Shown here one piece after another: positions 55,521 to 64,000 of a stretch of DNA of 64,000 nucleotides. The translations under genes were made by a program, and so were the position numbers. Under the pieces are notes generated by a model. The model did not search any database. It was not told the DNA's origin and worked only from the letters and a program-made list of their open reading frames with translations. Source of the DNA: Pyrinomonadaceae bacterium. GTDB lineage: Bacteria; Acidobacteriota; Blastocatellia; Pyrinomonadales; Pyrinomonadaceae. The stretch spans positions 2,003,706 to 2,067,705 of the forward strand of contig OZ244725.1 of the NCBI GenBank assembly GCA_965219305.1, given 5' to 3'. Position 1 is the stretch's first letter. Every line of letters begins with the position of its first letter.

Positions 55521-56753
55521 CTAAGAAATAATGTCGGATGAAAGACTTTTCGGCGCGATGTCTTCCAGATTCGGAATCTCGAATTTCGTTTCCGTCAAAT
55601 CTTTCGGCACGCGGTCGTGTTTTTTGCGAGTCAGCGAAAAGATCGGACGCGCTCGTTTGCTTCCCAAAATGCCGAGTGTCCAAATCGCCCAACGCAGCCA
55701 CGCCGGACCGCCTTTTTCCCAGTGAACCGAAACCTGACGCACACCTTTGCCGTCGCCGACATCATAGTAAACGCGGTCGAACCATTTTTTTCTGCCTTCG
55801 GGAAAATGATTGTATTGTTTCAGAATTTCCGCAAACGAACCGAGTTGGCGCGAATGAAGCGGTTGACTGTATTCCGGCATCAGCGCGACTTCAGAGCGTT
55901 TGCCGACGCGGATTTCATCGGCAAATTCGGCAAAAGTTTTCGCGTTCGTCAAATTAAAAACCGTGTTCGGCTGGCAGCCGTGACGGTCGCCGCCCGTAAC
56001 AATCGGGAATCCTAACGCTTCCGCCATTTCGATGACGGCTTTATTTTCCGACCACGAACGAAAACCGTTAATTTCAAAAGCGTGAATCCATTGTCCGAAT
56101 TCCTTGATGAAATTTTTCAGCAAAATCTCGTGCTTTTCCTTGCCGACCATTTCGATGTCCCAAATCGGATGATTCAGAATTACGAGAATTTCCGGGTTCT
56201 CGTTAAGCATCTTGAAAAGCTCGTGCAGTCTCGCATAATTCGGTTTTTCATCGCCGCTGAAACTAAAACCGACCAACTCTTTCGTCATTTCGACCGCATT
56301 GTCCGGCGGCAGATTGTGAACTCCGACGTGAAAAAAACCGAAATCGAACGGAACTGTCCATTCTAAAGAAATCGGTGCTTTTGTGTTTTCGACGGTTTCA
56401 TTAAGCGTCAAATTTCCCTCAACGCTGTCGTGATCCGAAAGCGAAACGACGGCATCTAATCCGACTTCGTTAATTTGTTTCTGCTCGATTCTGAAAACGT
56501 CGTTTGGAGTCATCGGCGGCGACCAATATGCAGTTGAAAAATCAATTCGTTTTCCTGATTTCTCAAGATATTTGGCTTGTTCTCTTTTCCAGAAGTAAGA
56601 AATGATCGGAAGTTGTTCGGCATAATGCGGCACAAAATCAAGCATTTCCCTGGAAAATTCAGTATGACAATGGAGAGAAACGCCGATCTTCGCCTGTCGG
56701 CTTAAATCCGTCTTTTTACGCAGAATATGCAGTTGCGTTTGTTTTAAATTCAT
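55521..56753 (-). CDS. PHP-domain-like metal-dependent phosphoesterase (hypothetical)
   Basis: 410 aa. His-rich motifs are spaced as in PHP domains (LHCHTEFS, SDHDS, HVGVHN, LNHP, GGDRHG). Confidence 0.55.
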   Translation of the reverse strand: MNLKQTQLHILRKKTDLSRQAKIGVSLHCHTEFSREMLDFVPHYAEQLPIISYFWKREQAKYLEKSGKRIDFSTAYWSPPMTPNDVFRIEQKQINEVGLDAVVSLSDHDSVEGNLTLNETVENTKAPISLEWTVPFDFGFFHVGVHNLPPDNAVEMTKELVGFSFSGDEKPNYARLHELFKMLNENPEILVILNHPIWDIEMVGKEKHEILLKNFIKEFGQWIHAFEINGFRSWSENKAVIEMAEALGFPIVTGGDRHGCQPNTVFNLTNAKTFAEFADEIRVGKRSEVALMPEYSQPLHSRQLGSFAEILKQYNHFPEGRKKWFDRVYYDVGDGKGVRQVSVHWEKGGPAWLRWAIWTLGILGSKRARPIFSLTRKKHDRVPKDLTETKFEIPNLEDIAPKSLSSDIIS

Positions 56754-57105
56754 TGAAATCTCCGTAAAACAGCGACAATCAAACCTGTAAAGTTATCAAA
56801 TTCGGCTGTCAAAGTAAATGCCTTTGACGAATTATTGTTCTCGGCTGTTGTAATTCATTTTCAAAAAACAAAGAAAATTCTAACATAACAGCAAAATAAA
56901 GGCATTGAGGCGATTTCAAATTTCAAATTCAGATTCACGGCTGAGAAAATGAAAAAATCATTTATAATCAACAAGAAAATCTCGCAAATCGCTAACAAAT
57001 TTTGCAGATTGCTATTTGTGAAATATCTGATGCGGAAAAATCCGCTAATTCCCTTCTTAATTTTTCGGCGTGATTATTGCGTTCATATTTGATCGAGGTT
57101 AGAAA

Positions 57106-57846
57106 ATGAAAGAAAAGATATTTAACGGGCAAAACGGATTATTTTACACGGGCGCAATTATCACGATATTTTCTGCAATTGTCATCGGTGCTGTCCACGT
57201 CGGCGTATTTTATCTTTTGGGAATTCCGGTTTTTCTCTATATTTTGGGAATCAGTCTCGTCTGGATTTCCAAAAAAGCAGTTAAGGTAAAATCTCTCGTA
57301 ACGCTGATCTCTATCGGTTTAATGCCGCTGACTTTACTCACACTTTCGATGTTAAGCCGTCCTGAACCGGAAGTTTTTCTGATACCTGAAAATTTCAGAG
57401 GAAGATTCGTTATTTATTATCAAGAGCCTTGTGGTCAAAAAACCTTATATGAAACCGGGAAAAGAATTTATGAAATTCCGCAGGACGGAGTTTTAATTAC
57501 CAATTTTAAAGAAAATAAAGGTTTTATGGATCATAGATTTTATTTGGTAAATGAAAAAGGCGACAGAACAAGAATTCCGACGTTTTATTGGCAGAGTTTT
57601 GAAAGTGAGAAAGAAAACTGGAAATATATGCACACGGAAACGGACGAAAATTTCACCACACAAACCGTCGGAGTATTTACAGGATATGGTTCGGAAACCT
57701 ATTGGATTTCAAGCAATTCTGACAATTTCATTGTTTCTGATTTCAGCTACTATGACAAAGGCAAAGAACGAGAACATTGGCTCGAAGATAAAGTTCTTAC
57801 AAAAAGAGCGGAAAAAATATTAAAAGAATGTCGGAGCAAACTTTAA
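57106..57846 (+). CDS. hypothetical membrane protein
   Basis: 246 aa with three N-terminal TM helices then a soluble domain. Confidence 0.55.
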   Translation: MKEKIFNGQNGLFYTGAIITIFSAIVIGAVHVGVFYLLGIPVFLYILGISLVWISKKAVKVKSLVTLISIGLMPLTLLTLSMLSRPEPEVFLIPENFRGRFVIYYQEPCGQKTLYETGKRIYEIPQDGVLITNFKENKGFMDHRFYLVNEKGDRTRIPTFYWQSFESEKENWKYMHTETDENFTTQTVGVFTGYGSETYWISSNSDNFIVSDFSYYDKGKEREHWLEDKVLTKRAEKILKECRSKL

Positions 57847-57959
57847 TTTTCAAGGTTTGAAAAATAACTGTCATAAAATAAAAATCTGCGGTGTTTATTC
57901 AATAGTTCAAGCGATATTTTAGCAAATTCAGAACTAATAAATACAGTAATAATAATTAT

Positions 57960-59777
57960 ATGAAAGTTATAAAGACAACTTTTTCAGCAATTTTAGGTTT
58001 AATGATTTTTCTGCCGATTCTGGCAAATGCTCAAGATCAAACCGAGCGAATCGAGCAATCTTATTCGTTTAATTCAAACGGCAAAATCAGCGTTTCAAAT
58101 ATCAACGGTTCGATCACGGTTGAGGCGTGGGACAGAAACGAAATCAAACTCGAAGCTGTTAAAACCGCCGACAGCCGCGAATCTTTATCAATGGTTGATG
58201 TTAAAGTTGACGCGAAAATTGATTCGTTCAATGTTGAAACCGATTACCGGAATTGGAATAACGACGGGCGAAATAACAATTGGCGAAACGGGCGAAGTAT
58301 TAGAGTCGAGTTTCGCTTAACGGTTCCGCGCGGCGCGTATCTGGACGAAATCGAAACGGTCAACGGATCGGTTACGGTTTCAAATATGTCGAATTACACC
58401 AAAATCTCAGCCGTCAACGGCGGCGTAAGAGCCGTAAATTTGCGCGGCACGGCTGATCTTTCGACGGTCAACGGGAAAACCGAAGCCGAATTCGAGAGTT
58501 TGCAGACGACCGATAAAATCAATCTCGAAACGGTTAACGGAACGGTAGTTTTGACGCTTCCGTCCGACATCAACGCGACTGTCAAAGCAAGCACGGTCAA
58601 CGGCAGAATAAATAACGATTTCAGTTTGCCGGTAAAAAAAGGCAAATATGTCGGGCGCGATCTTTACGGCAGAATCGGCGGCGGCGGCGTTCAGATCCAA
58701 CTCGAAGCAGTTAACGGAACATTATCAATCAAACGAAAAAACGACGGAAAAACTCAGAATCCGGCGACGAATCTTCTGAAAATGGATTCCGACGATCAGA
58801 TCGAATTCGATAACGATGCGGCAAAGGAAAACGCCAAAGTAAATCGTGAAATTGCCAAAATCCAAGCGGATGCACAAAAAGAAGCCGAGAAAGGTATGAA
58901 AGAAGCTCAACGCGAACTTTCTAAACTTCAACCGCTAATAAACGACATTATAAGTGACACGATCACCGAAACGACAGAAGCTGCGAATAATATTGTCAGC
59001 AAAGAAGTTCAGGAGCGAATTAAAGAACAGTCAGAACGTCAAAAAGAACAGTCAGCGCGTCTTCGCAATGTAAATTTCGCGGGAATTCCGAATGTTTCGC
59101 AGAAAAACGAAACTTTTTCAATTACTGATAAATCGAAAATCAAAATCGTCGCCGAAGATTGTGCGATTGCCGTGCGCGGTTGGGACAAAGCGGAAGTTAA
59201 ATACGTTCTGACCGAATTTGCGACCGGCAGAAAAAACTCGGGAAATGTCAAAGCCGAGCAAAAAGGCTCGAACGTAAATATCGCCGTCGTTAACGACGAA
59301 GGAAAATCCGGCGACGATTACAATTCGATGCGTCTGGAGATTTTCGTGCCGAGAAAATCCGATCTGAGCATTAAAACAAACGGCGAAATCAGAATCGAAG
59401 GCATTTCCGGTGAAGTTGATTTAAAGAGCAGCGAAAGCGCGATAAATGTCAGGAATTCAGACGGAAGACTTATCGTTAATTCGTTGGAAGGCAGAATTCG
59501 CGTGATCGGATTTCAAGGTGATGTAACTGCCGAATCAGTCGAAGGAGACGTTTTTGTCGAAGGCAAATTCGAGAAATTATATGCAAAAACCGTCGAAGGT
59601 TCGGTAGTTTTAACAATTCCGTCGGAAACCGGCGCGACTTTAACGGCAGACCGCGAGATTGAAATGGATAATATAGATTTGACCGCCGTCGGTAACAAAA
59701 AATGGAAAATCGGCAACGGCAATGCCAAATACGCTCTGAGCGCGATTGACGGAAAATTGATCGTGCGCGGAATGTAA
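57960..59777 (+). CDS. DUF4097-family beta-strand-repeat protein (putative adhesin) with central coiled coil
   Basis: 605 aa with a signal peptide and recurring …VNGSITV / TVNGKTE / AVNGTLS… repeats. Confidence 0.8.
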   Translation: MKVIKTTFSAILGLMIFLPILANAQDQTERIEQSYSFNSNGKISVSNINGSITVEAWDRNEIKLEAVKTADSRESLSMVDVKVDAKIDSFNVETDYRNWNNDGRNNNWRNGRSIRVEFRLTVPRGAYLDEIETVNGSVTVSNMSNYTKISAVNGGVRAVNLRGTADLSTVNGKTEAEFESLQTTDKINLETVNGTVVLTLPSDINATVKASTVNGRINNDFSLPVKKGKYVGRDLYGRIGGGGVQIQLEAVNGTLSIKRKNDGKTQNPATNLLKMDSDDQIEFDNDAAKENAKVNREIAKIQADAQKEAEKGMKEAQRELSKLQPLINDIISDTITETTEAANNIVSKEVQERIKEQSERQKEQSARLRNVNFAGIPNVSQKNETFSITDKSKIKIVAEDCAIAVRGWDKAEVKYVLTEFATGRKNSGNVKAEQKGSNVNIAVVNDEGKSGDDYNSMRLEIFVPRKSDLSIKTNGEIRIEGISGEVDLKSSESAINVRNSDGRLIVNSLEGRIRVIGFQGDVTAESVEGDVFVEGKFEKLYAKTVEGSVVLTIPSETGATLTADREIEMDNIDLTAVGNKKWKIGNGNAKYALSAIDGKLIVRGM

Positions 59778-59926
59778 GAAAACTCTTCTAATAAAAACTT
59801 TCTCCGACCGGATCAGAAAGATTTTGAAACTCTCAAACGGTTATTACGTTTAGCTTACAGGTATATTTTACCTGTCATTTATACAAACAACTTAAATTTT
59901 AAGTTACCAAAACAGCGAGGTAAATT

Positions 59927-62500
59927 ATGAAAAAACTTTGCGCTCTGTCTGCTATTATTTTATTTTTTATATCTATAAATATACAGGCGCAACCCGCGAA
60001 TACAAACACGGAAGTAACTTCGGAAATATCCGGTTCTTCTGCAAACATAAAGAACAATTCAACAAATACAAAAGACAAAAAATCAGAACTTCCGCCGGAA
60101 AAAGCTACGCCTGTAAAAATTCCTTTAGCGGTTGATATGCCGATGATTGACGGGAAACTCGATGAGGAAATATGGAAACAGGCGGCAGTTTTCAAGGATT
60201 TTATTCAAACATCACCGGGCGACCGCATTGCGCCCTCAAAACCGACGGAAGTTTATGTTTTCTATGACGAAAAAAATCTGTATATCGGTTTTAAATGTTG
60301 GGACGACAAAGACAAAATCCGCGCGACGGTCGCCAAACGCGACAACGTAACCGGCGAAGACAACGTGCGCGTCTGGCTCGACACATACAACGATCAACGC
60401 CGCGCCTATATTTTGGCGTTTAATCCGTTCGGAATTCAGCAGGACGGAATTTACACCGAAGGTCAAGGCACGGATTATTCGGTTGACATCGTGATGGAAT
60501 CGAAAGGCGTAATTCAGGATTGGGGTTGGTCTGTCGAGATAAAAATTCCTTTTAAATCTCTGCGCTACGCCGCCGGAGACGGGAAAATGTGGGGATTTAA
60601 CGTCGCCCGCAACATTGATCGTTTTAACGACGAATTCGACGAATGGATGTCGATTGATCCGAATATCACGGGAAGACTTATTCAGCACGGGAAAATCACC
60701 GGATTGAGCGACATCAAATTCGAGAAAACTCTCGAACTCGTGCCGAGCGTAACAGTTTCGGAGGCAGGACACAGAGTTCGCACGATTCCGCGCTATGCCT
60801 TTAACGATCCCAGAATAAATCCGACGGGCATTGATAACGGCAGATTTTTGAACGAGCCGATAAAACCGGAATTCGGCTTGAATTTGAAATATACGATAAC
60901 GCCGAATATTACGCTCGATGCGGCACTAAATCCCGATTATGCGGAGATCGAAGCCGACGCGCCGATTGTTTCGGCAAACCGTCGTTTTCCCGTGTATTTT
61001 CAGGAAAAACGCCCGTTTTTTCTTGAAGGCGCGGACATCTTTAATTCGCCTTTGAACATTTTCTATTCGCGGACGATCATTGACCCGGATTATGCCGCGA
61101 AACTGACCGGAAAGGTCGGCAAATATTCGTTCGGATTTCTCGCCGCTTCGGATAACGCGCCCGGAAATTATGAAGAAGACGACATTAATGATCCGTCAGT
61201 CCGTCGAAGAATTGATGAATTCGTCGGCAAAAATGCGACGTTCGCCGTTTTGCGCGTCAAGCGGGATTTCGGCAAGGAAAACAATATCGGATTTTTCAGC
61301 ACATATCGCGGTTTTCCCGAAAGCAAAAATCTGCTCGGCGGCTTCGACGGGCGAATTAAATTTGACGACAAAACCGTCTCGCAATTTCAAATCGTCGGCA
61401 CACATTCTCGTAATTGTTTCTTTAATGAAAATTTCGATCCGTTGTTGAATCCGATTCAGGGGCAGAGAAACAGCGAGATTTGCGACAGCGGGAGAAATAA
61501 CGGCAATCCATATAACGAATATCGTACCGGAAATGGTCTCGGTTATTATTGGAATCTGGATTACACGGAAAAAAATCGCGGCTGGTTTTTCGAAGTCGGC
61601 GGGCGCACGAAAGATTATCGCGCCGATGCCGGATTTACGCGCCGGACGGATAACAATTTTGCATTTTTCACCAATCGTCTCAGCACCGAGCCGAAGCCGA
61701 AAAACACCATCATTCGTGTTAACTGGCAGCAGTTTTCAGGCGTAAATTATGACTGGCGGGGTCGCATTCAGAACTTTAACGGCGGAACGAATTTTAATTT
61801 CAATCTGCAAAAGAATACGAGTTTTTACATCGAAACCGGAATTTACAATGAACGAATTTATGAAGATGAATTCGGTCTGACGCGCTCGCCGACACGGCTG
61901 GGCGAATTTGCCGGAGACTCGTTCCGCTCGGCGTGGCAGCAGTATGTCAGTTTCGATCTTTACAGTGCGCCGAAAAAATGGCTCACTTACGAAATATCGG
62001 GCGGTTTCGTTAATAACGCTTTCGATTTCGATTTCGGCGGCGGAAGACTTTACCCGCGCGTCAGTAATTCGGCGATATTTGGCGACGGCAGAACCGATCC
62101 GGGCGAAGGTAAGCAATATGATTTCGGCGCGTATGTCGAACTGAAACCGATCAATCCGCTTCGTTTATCGGTGAATTATCAGAAATCGAAACTTGTCCGC
62201 GACGACACGGGCGGCACGGCGTTTAATTCGGATATTGTAACGGCGCGTTCGACGTATCAATTCACGCGTTTTATCTACACGCGCTTTCGTTTCGATTACG
62301 ACACATTGAGCAGAGGCGCAAGCGGTCAGGCACTCGTCGGTTGGAATCCGAGTCCGGGAACGGCTCTTTATGCGGGTTATAACGACAGTTTCAACTACGG
62401 CGGTTTTAATCCTTATTCGGGCTTTCACGAGCCGCGCTTCGAGCGTAACAGCCGGACGTTTTTCATCAGAATGTCGTATCTGTTCCGCAAAAGTTTTTAA
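59927..62500 (+). CDS. CBM9-like / DUF5916 outer-membrane protein
   Basis: 857 aa with a signal peptide. The N-terminus …IDGKLDEEIWKQA…F.Q..P… is typical of the CBM9-like module. It has a beta-barrel-like C-terminus ending in F. Confidence 0.75.
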   Translation: MKKLCALSAIILFFISINIQAQPANTNTEVTSEISGSSANIKNNSTNTKDKKSELPPEKATPVKIPLAVDMPMIDGKLDEEIWKQAAVFKDFIQTSPGDRIAPSKPTEVYVFYDEKNLYIGFKCWDDKDKIRATVAKRDNVTGEDNVRVWLDTYNDQRRAYILAFNPFGIQQDGIYTEGQGTDYSVDIVMESKGVIQDWGWSVEIKIPFKSLRYAAGDGKMWGFNVARNIDRFNDEFDEWMSIDPNITGRLIQHGKITGLSDIKFEKTLELVPSVTVSEAGHRVRTIPRYAFNDPRINPTGIDNGRFLNEPIKPEFGLNLKYTITPNITLDAALNPDYAEIEADAPIVSANRRFPVYFQEKRPFFLEGADIFNSPLNIFYSRTIIDPDYAAKLTGKVGKYSFGFLAASDNAPGNYEEDDINDPSVRRRIDEFVGKNATFAVLRVKRDFGKENNIGFFSTYRGFPESKNLLGGFDGRIKFDDKTVSQFQIVGTHSRNCFFNENFDPLLNPIQGQRNSEICDSGRNNGNPYNEYRTGNGLGYYWNLDYTEKNRGWFFEVGGRTKDYRADAGFTRRTDNNFAFFTNRLSTEPKPKNTIIRVNWQQFSGVNYDWRGRIQNFNGGTNFNFNLQKNTSFYIETGIYNERIYEDEFGLTRSPTRLGEFAGDSFRSAWQQYVSFDLYSAPKKWLTYEISGGFVNNAFDFDFGGGRLYPRVSNSAIFGDGRTDPGEGKQYDFGAYVELKPINPLRLSVNYQKSKLVRDDTGGTAFNSDIVTARSTYQFTRFIYTRFRFDYDTLSRGASGQALVGWNPSPGTALYAGYNDSFNYGGFNPYSGFHEPRFERNSRTFFIRMSYLFRKSF

Positions 62501-62525
62501 TTTCTCCTCTTTGTATTATTTACTT

Positions 62526-62561
62526 GCGGCGGATTTCTTTACGTAGTTCGCCGCATTTTTT
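62526..62561 (+). terminator. intrinsic terminator after the DUF5916 gene
   Basis: The stem is gcggcg / cgccgc, followed by ATTTTTT. Confidence 0.55.
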
Positions 62562-62574
62562 CGCGTCACAGCCG

Positions 62575-62751
62575 CTCATTTATCGGTGAAAGTGTGTCAT
62601 TGCAACATATCAGTCGGTCAGTTATCAGTAACAGCGAGTGATTTATGAGTCTTAGTCGGTCATTTATGTGTGTCTGCCAGTCATTTATCAGTATCAGTCA
62701 GTTATTTGTAAAGGCAAATCGTTCATCCGCATTTGCAGGTTTGTTATCCGT
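62575..62751. repeat. non-coding array of degenerate direct repeats, core GTCATTTATCAGT, six units phased at exactly 21 bp
   Basis: Core starts are at 62575, 62596, 62617, 62638, 62659 and 62680. Looser copies are at 62697, 62721 and 62739. All three plus-strand frames contain stops. Confidence 0.8.
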
Positions 62752-62785
62752 AAAGAAACGCCGCTATTTCTAACGGCGTTTCTTT
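62752..62785. terminator. bidirectional terminator-like hairpin
   Basis: aaagaaacgccg … cggcgttt cttt. The stem is 12 bp. Confidence 0.55.
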
Positions 62786-62832
62786 GTTTGGAGTTCCGCC
62801 TTCAGGCGGCTTTCTATGATTAGCGTTTCCGG

Positions 62833-64000
62833 TTATTTGAAAACTTCTCCGACCGGAGTGATCGTGATGTTTTCGGCTTTTACGTTAAACGGGTAAACCG
62901 AAATTATCTTGTCTTCGGCGAGAATTTCCGCAGGTTTCGGCGAAGCATAAGTTACTTTGCCGGGGACGTTTCCGGTGATTTCCTTTTTCAAACCTTCCGC
63001 GTCTTTCGTGATGAGAACGATTCGCATATTTTTCGTCGAAAGATGTTTTTTGATCGCGGCGTTCACATCTTTGAGCGTCAATTTTGCGAGATTCGTTTTC
63101 ATATACTCGTTATAATTCGCCATTCCGTAATAACGGCTGTCGAGCGCGTAACCGAGTTCGTCGGATTTCGTCTGCGTTAAGATGTTGACGTATTTCGACA
63201 AAAAGTTTTTCGTCTCGTCAAAATCACTCTGGCTCAGACCGTCTTTAACGAGTTTGTCGTATTCGTAAAGCGCGGCGCGAAGCGTAAAGTTCGCGTTCTG
63301 CGGTTCGACGGGACGAATCCAGATTTGGAAAATCTGCTGCTGACGCGCCAGATTTGCGTCCGGGTCGAATTGAAACATTCCGCGCGGGAAATATTCGATA
63401 TATGCGTAATCGCCGTAATTCAAACCGCGTTTTTCACGGATCTGCCCGTAAAGATAACTATTCGACGAACGATGCTGACCGAAATATGAAGCGACAACAG
63501 CGAGTGCGGCAAAATCCTTGTCGGCGCGGTTAACGTCAATCGGAAAACCGAGCGACATCGCCGTCGCGCGTGTTTCGCGTTGGACAATATCAATCTTCGT
63601 TCCCGCGTCGAGTTTCGGCATCTGAAAACCTTTTTTCACCATTTTACCTTGCGGCAATTTGGCAAAATCCGCCATCATTTTTGTTTTGAAAGCATCGCTG
63701 TAACCGCCCGCCATTCCGACGACGAGACTGTTTTGCGTGTAATGGTCTTTGTAAAATGCTTTCACATCGTCGAGCGTGATGCTCTCCAAACCGCTGATCG
63801 TGCCGACGTTGTGATGACCGTAAGGATGTCCGCCGTAAATTATGTTGTAAAGCCGTTCCTTGCCGAGTTCCTCGTCGTTTCCTTCGCGCAGACTGACTTT
63901 CAGGAAATTCATCTGATCGTCTTTTATGCGTTTGAAATCGTCTTCACGAAATCCGGGATCAAGCAGCATTTGACTGATAATTCCGTAATACTTATCGAGA
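62833..64000 (-). CDS. M16-family peptidase, C-terminal part (5' end beyond window)
   Basis: The frame stays open upstream of the track Met to the window edge (…LDKYYGIISQMLLDPGF…). M16_C-like sequence. Confidence 0.8.
   Translation of the reverse strand, partial: LDKYYGIISQMLLDPGFREDDFKRIKDDQMNFLKVSLREGNDEELGKERLYNIIYGGHPYGHHNVGTISGLESITLDDVKAFYKDHYTQNSLVVGMAGGYSDAFKTKMMADFAKLPQGKMVKKGFQMPKLDAGTKIDIVQRETRATAMSLGFPIDVNRADKDFAALAVVASYFGQHRSSNSYLYGQIREKRGLNYGDYAYIEYFPRGMFQFDPDANLARQQQIFQIWIRPVEPQNANFTLRAALYEYDKLVKDGLSQSDFDETKNFLSKYVNILTQTKSDELGYALDSRYYGMANYNEYMKTNLAKLTLKDVNAAIKKHLSTKNMRIVLITKDAEGLKKEITGNVPGKVTYASPKPAEILAEDKIISVYPFNVKAENITITPVGEVFK

Overview
A 64-kb chromosomal window that is moderately AT-rich by eye. 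It is probably from an Acidobacteriota genome. That is an inference from a VWFA protein with the acidobacterial-type N-terminus, the OmpA, DUF4097 and DUF5916 envelope proteins, and a Uma2 nuclease. About 75 protein-coding genes can be supported, most on the minus strand. I saw no rRNA, tRNA, CRISPR array, integrase or phage genes.

Landmarks:
- 1-13.4 kb: an Rrf2-regulated suf Fe-S operon (sufB, sufC, sufD). The three core genes are separated by about 6 kb of co-directional accessory genes: lipoprotein, MntA/HepT toxin-antitoxin, RidA, PhzF, SulP plus beta-carbonic anhydrase, and several micro-proteins. Downstream of sufD, tightly packed, are a Uma2 nuclease and a type II restriction-modification pair.
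- 13.6-31 kb: envelope and secreted proteins. These include a Tat-signal vanadium-haloperoxidase-like protein, VWFA, OmpA, an FHA-domain membrane protein with a 7-nt tandem repeat in its coding sequence, an M16 peptidase and an MFS transporter. There is also a block of AT-rich hypothetical genes bounded by a duplicated gene 3' end.
- 31.4-45.6 kb: a run of co-directional redox/detoxification genes (AKR x2, SDR x2, OYE x2, NmrA-like, MDR quinone oxidoreductase, LLM, peroxiredoxin, DsbA-like, ferredoxin, thioesterase). A striking family of modular and often nested palindromic elements sits in most of the gaps between them, and an IS200-like/RAYT Y1 transposase sits between its own inverted REP hairpins.
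- 45.8-64 kb: aat, DinB, YwbE, feoAB, a cyclase-kptA-microORF-ATL operon, a GT4-membrane-GT4-PHP cluster, DUF4097 and DUF5916 proteins, a non-coding array of 21-bp phased repeats, and a partial M16 peptidase.

The most unusual signals are the palindromic element family (three-word arms phased at one helical turn, nesting, ORFs inside the elements, stop codons at element termini), the fragmented suf operon, the 21-bp repeat array, and the heptanucleotide repeat in the FHA gene. All functional calls rest on motif recognition by eye. No database search was run.
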